Both the position numbers and the translations under genes were made by a program. Under the pieces are notes generated by a model, which was not told where the DNA came from, did no database searches, and saw only the letters and a list, made by a program, of their open reading frames with translations. Of a DNA stretch of 39,975 nucleotides, positions 35,114 to 39,975 are shown one piece after another (within the stretch, counting starts at the first letter, position 1; each line of letters opens with the position of its first letter). The stretch lies in NCBI RefSeq assembly GCF_006345805.1, contig NW_021832812.1:1-39975 (forward strand). Direction: 5' to 3'. This DNA comes from Octopus sinensis (lineage: Eukaryota).

Positions 35114-35690
35114 ATAAAAGACAAAATATATATTAAGTGAAAACTAAATACTATAATTTAATCTATATACATTAAATTAAATTATTAATTAATTTATTTA
35201 TTTAATAAACATCTACATAAAATCTTGTACTCATTAAGTAATTTATATTAAAAAACTTAATGTTAAGTAATATACATAATGCTATAAATATTATAGTGCA
35301 AGCTATAAATATTAGAATAAAAAATAGGAAATGGTTCAAATATATACGCACCTATTATATAAACTAACTATATTATTAATATATATGTAGTATCTATAGA
35401 TTTAATATTTTACTCAATTATATAGTTGACCAAAATATTTATTAATATTAATCTTATTTACTTAAATGTAATACTATGTAATAAATAGACCACCTAACTA
35501 TTAAATAATATATATTCTTACAAATATATATTATTTTACCAAATATATACGTTTTATTTATTATTTTGCACATTACTTAATCATTGGTATATGTTTTATC
35601 TTATATTTAATCTTTCTATAAGATGTAATTTTTCTAAATGGTATAATTAATTTTTTCATTATTGAATTGATAAAAGGTGAGCTTTTTTTT
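34591..35690. mobile_element. Fold-back/non-autonomous DNA element: ~165-bp TIRs (34591-34754, 35531-35690) around an extremely AT-rich ~780-bp core, in (TA)n
   Basis: tcaccttttatcaattcaataatgaaaaaa...ccaatgattaagtaatg.gcaaaataataaata is inverted at both ends; a related terminus lies at ~26560-26630. Confidence 0.8.
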
Positions 35691-35921
35691 CTAATTTATA
35701 TATATATAAAGAATACAAAAAATGGGATAAGAATGCAACAGGTGACAACAAAACATCCAGACAGTTGGATGATACAAAAAGGGACATGAAAAAACAAGGA
35801 CGGCCCATTCAAAGTTTTCTTTCATCAGTTGAATTCCAGATTATCTTTGCAGTTTCGGCTGGTTATTTTATATATGTTTATTTTAAAATATGTTGAAGTA
35901 ACTCACATATATATGTGTGTG

Positions 35922-35977
<56 letters not shown>

Positions 35978-36729
35978 AGGTATATGTTTGAGTTAGTTTA
36001 AAATTTGTTTTCTTGAGTTTTGGAAAGACGATAGATTTTTCTTTTCAACTACCTCACATAAATATAAAAGTATAAATTTTCTATAAAAATCATTAATGAT
36101 GAATCTCTGAAAAAGATGAAAGCTTTAAATAAATAGATTTTATCAAAATCCTGACTGCCTTCCTTTTCTTAATATATATATATATATATATATGCACACA
36201 CAATAGGTGTCTTTCTGTTTTCTAAACCCACTGACTAGGGTTTGGCCAGCCTAGAGCAACAGTTAAAGACACTTGCTACACAGCATCACCAAGTGGGATT
36301 CAAGCCGAAACCATGTGATCGGGAATCAAGCATTCTTTTGCATCATGTGCAAACTTCAGATGTGCATCGAAGCAATTAACCCTTGCTAAAATTACTTCAA
36401 TTAAAATAATCCGATTACATCTTGAAAACCCTGTGTTTGCACAATCTCCCTCCTTTGTGCGCTGGTTATAAAAGATGCATATACATGCAGAAGTGCACAG
36501 CTTACACAGAACGGGGATTCTAATTGTATGTTTATGGTAAGGTGCAGTGAATTTCGTGCTCGTCTTAATGAGCTTCTCGCATGACGCTTTTATCCGTTCT
36601 GTGGCCAGAATGAATTCCCTTCGTAAAATATATATTGTATTGTTTCTGTGTTTTAAGTAGGGGCCCACGTCTGTTGTATGAATATCGGTGTATTTGATCT
36701 CATTCTGGACTCCGGCATGGTTTGTAACT

Positions 36730-37320
36730 GTTGTTGTTGTTGTATTTCTTTAGCCCCAGGTCAATCTTGATCCAGCAGACCTATGATCAAAGATGTTCCA
36801 GATTTGATCATCCTATCTTTTATTCATACATGATGTATCTAGGACTACATAATTTAATGTACAAGTATTAATAGCCATAGATGTTGTTGTTGTTGCTATT
36901 GTTCAGCCACTGGTCAGTCCTGACCCAGCAGGCCTATGATCAAAGATGTTCCAGCTGTGACCATCCCATCTTTTATTCAGGCATAGTGTATCTAGGACTA
37001 CATTATCTAATGTATAGTATTGTAGTCTGTATTAGTGGTTATGGTTGTTGTTGTTGTTGCTTAGCCCCAGGTCAGTCCTAATCCAGTCGACCTATGATCA
37101 AAGATGTTCCAGCTGTGACCATCCCATCTTTTATTCTGGCATAGTGTATCTAGGACTACATTATCTAATGTATAGTATTGTAGTTTGTATTAGTGGCTAT
37201 AGATGTTGTTTAGCCCTGGGTCAGTCCTGATTCAATAAACCTAGATCTTCCAGCTGTGACCATCCCATATTCCATTCTGACTAAGTTTACCTTGGGCTAT
37301 ATTCTCTAATGTATAGCATC
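36730..37320 (+). repeat. Four tandem ~155-bp units (further copies at 37745-37840 + and 39845-39975 -)
   Basis: (gtt)n-ttagccccaggtcagtcctga...cctatgatcaaagatgttccagctgtgaccatcccatc...ggactacattatctaatgt. Confidence 0.85.
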
Positions 37321-37329
37321 TCTTCTTTT

Positions 37330-37713
37330 TTCTTTTACTTGCTTCAGTTATTAGACTGTGGCCATACTGGGGCACCACTTTGAAGAATTTTTAATCAAAT
37401 GAATTAACCCCAGTACTTATTATCCTTTTTTAAAAGCCTGGTGCTTATTGTATCAGTATCTTTTGCCAAACCGCTAAGTCATGGAGATCTAAACACACCA
37501 ATACCAGCTGTCAAACAGTGGTGGGGGACAAGCACTGACACAAAGACACACGCACACACATGCTTCTTTCAGTTTCCATCTAACAAATCCATGTACAAGG
37601 CTTTGGTCAGCTTGAGGCTCTAGTAGAAGACACTTGCCCAAGGTGCCATGCAATGGGACTGAACCTGGAACCATGTGGTTAGGAAACAAGCTACTTATCA
37701 CACAGCCATACCT
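37330..37713 (-). mobile_element. Family-A SINE (diverged)
   Basis: Collinear with 2741-3129. Confidence 0.8.
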
Positions 37714-37884
37714 GTAATTAGTATAGTCATTAAAATTAATGACTATGGATGTTGTTTAGTCCCAGGCCCGTCCTCATCAACACTAACCTATTGTCATAGA
37801 TGCTCCAGCCGTGGCCATCCCATCTTTTGTTCAGACAGTGCATTTATTTGCTACTCTCTTGACTCTGCCAATTGCTAAACATTA

Positions 37885-39420
37885 CATTACATGCACACAC
37901 ACACATACACAAATAAATATATATACACACACTCACATATGCATATATATATATACATACAAACACACATATGCACACACACACACAGAGTACATTACAT
38001 GCATACACACACAAACCCACCCACACACACAAATATATAAATATACACACACAGACACATATATAGATATATATACACACACTCACATATGCATATATAT
38101 ACATACAAACACACTTACATACACACACACAAATATATAGATATACACACACATATATATACACATTCCCATATGCATATATATATATACAAACACATAC
38201 ACACACTCACAAATATATAGATATACACACACATATATAAATATATATATACACACACTCACATATGCATATATATATATACATACAAACACACATGCAC
38301 ACACACACACACATATAGATATACACACATATATAAATATATATACACACACATACGCATATATATATATACATACAAACACACATGCACACACACACAC
38401 CCACCCACACACACAAATATATAGATATACACACACAGACACATATATAGATATATATACACACACTCACATATGCATATATATACATACAAGCACACAT
38501 ACACACACACACATAAATATATAGATATACACACACATATATAAATATATATACTCACATATGCATATATATACATACAAACATATACACACACACACAA
38601 ATATATAGATTTACACACACATATATAAATATATATATACACACACTCACATATGCATATATATATACATACAAACACACATGCACACCCACACACACTC
38701 ACATAGATATACACACATATATAAATATATATACACACACACATATACATATATATATATATACATACAAACACACATATGCACACACACACACACACAG
38801 TACATTACATGCATACACACACTCACATATGCATATATATACATACAAACACACATACATACACACACACAAATATATAGATATACACACACATATAAAT
38901 ATATATACAGACTCACATATGCATATATATACATACAAACACACATAAATATATAGATATACACACACATATATAAATATATATACACACACTCACATAT
39001 GCATATATATGCATACAAACACACATAAGCATACACACACACACATATAGATATACACACATATATAAATATATATACACACACATACGCATATATATAT
39101 ACATACAAACACACATATGCACACACACACAGACAGTACATTACATGCATACACACACACCCACCCACTCACTCACACACACACAGACACACACATATAT
39201 AAATATATATATACACACACTCACATATGTACATACAAGCACACATGCACACACACACACATATATAAATATATATATACACACACTCACATATGTACAT
39301 ACAAGCACACATGCACACACACACACACATATATAAATATATATACACATACTCACATATGCATATATATATATATGTACATGCAAACACACATATGCAC
39401 ACACACACACACACACACTC
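37885..39420. repeat. Compound (CA)/(TA) minisatellite with a ~70-80-bp higher-order unit
   Basis: acacactcacatatgcatatatatatacatacaaacacac recurs many times; tacattacatgc at ~37884, 37991, 38801 and 39138. Confidence 0.9.
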
Positions 39421-39975
39421 AGTGATCCACACAAACCCCTGTACATCTTATTCTAATAATCTGGTCTCAGTATCTCAGGTCAATAGTATGTGTGTGTTAA
39501 TCCTAAATCTTTTGTTCGGATTAAAATATCGATTCGGTGTTATTAACCTTCGGGTGACATTTCCCGAGCAAGAATAATGAAAATATACGACCCAATGTAA
39601 TGGAAATGTCATGCAAAACTTACATGGTGTTTGCCAAAATTCTGTGACCCTTGCTATGAAGACGAAATATAAATTTAACCCAATCAGAAAGCTTGTTTGT
39701 TGTCACATGACCTGTTGCAAAGAGATGCTAATGAACGGTTCTTTAAATCATCCTTGGTGTCCTTGAGAAATGGAGTAGAATAAACAGTGATATATTATTG
39801 ATGGGATTTAGTTCTAGGTAAGTATTCTAATGTATGTCTGAATAAAAAATGGGATGGTCACTAATGGAATGTCTTTGATCTAAGGCCCGATGGATCAGGA
39901 CTGACCCGGGGCTAAACAGTAACAAGTATGGCTGCTAATACTAATTATTATGTTATACATTAGATAATGTAGTCC

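Noticed and set aside
34705-35124. 139-aa hydrophobic ORF resembling a mitochondrial membrane protein
   Set aside because: The composition follows from AT richness and a (TA)n start; no conserved motif recognised.
35800-35870. Hammerhead-like words on the minus strand (ccGAAActgc ... CTGATGA)
   Set aside because: The order and pairing do not give a valid stem I/III, and the downstream core reads GAAT rather than GAAA.
36300-36668. 122-aa minus-strand ORF as a host exon
   Set aside because: No recognisable domain; it begins at GTG and runs into a SINE fragment.
36730-37320. CRISPR-like or other prokaryotic repeat array
   Set aside because: Units are ~155 bp and homologous along their full length with no unique spacers; the context is eukaryotic.

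Overview
Repeat-saturated, AT-rich animal genomic DNA. The repeat landscape (tRNA-derived SINEs, huge di/trinucleotide arrays) looks like Octopus or another cephalopod; this is recalled, not tested. I recognise no host protein-coding exon, and almost all ORF-track entries are translations of microsatellites. The centrepiece is a 7.2-kb composite Penelope-like retroelement (PLE, 26896-34124) sitting in the internal (TA)n tract of a SINE, which it splits. It consists of a full-length minus-strand RT + C-terminal GIY-YIG ORF with an upstream partial pseudo-LTR, joined head-to-head to a 5'-truncated plus-strand copy. All three pseudo-LTR copies carry a minimal hammerhead ribozyme. Both ORF copies share one UGA between the RT core and the thumb/endonuclease half; in the plus copy, where I found no frameshift, it is the only interruption of a 654-codon frame. 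Other content: a 130-bp mini-element made of both ends of such a composite (10616-10745), a second hammerhead-bearing PLE remnant (12.4 kb), a relic of a different PLE clade (2.6 kb), a decayed RTE-type LINE with a PHD finger inside the RT region, a mariner transposase 3' end, four fold-back/MITE-like inverted repeats, a true inverted duplication of a (GAA)n array, a head-to-tail SINE trimer, and an (AAT)n-tailed retroposon stacked three times into (AAT)n arrays. Coordinates were counted by hand and may be off by a few bases.
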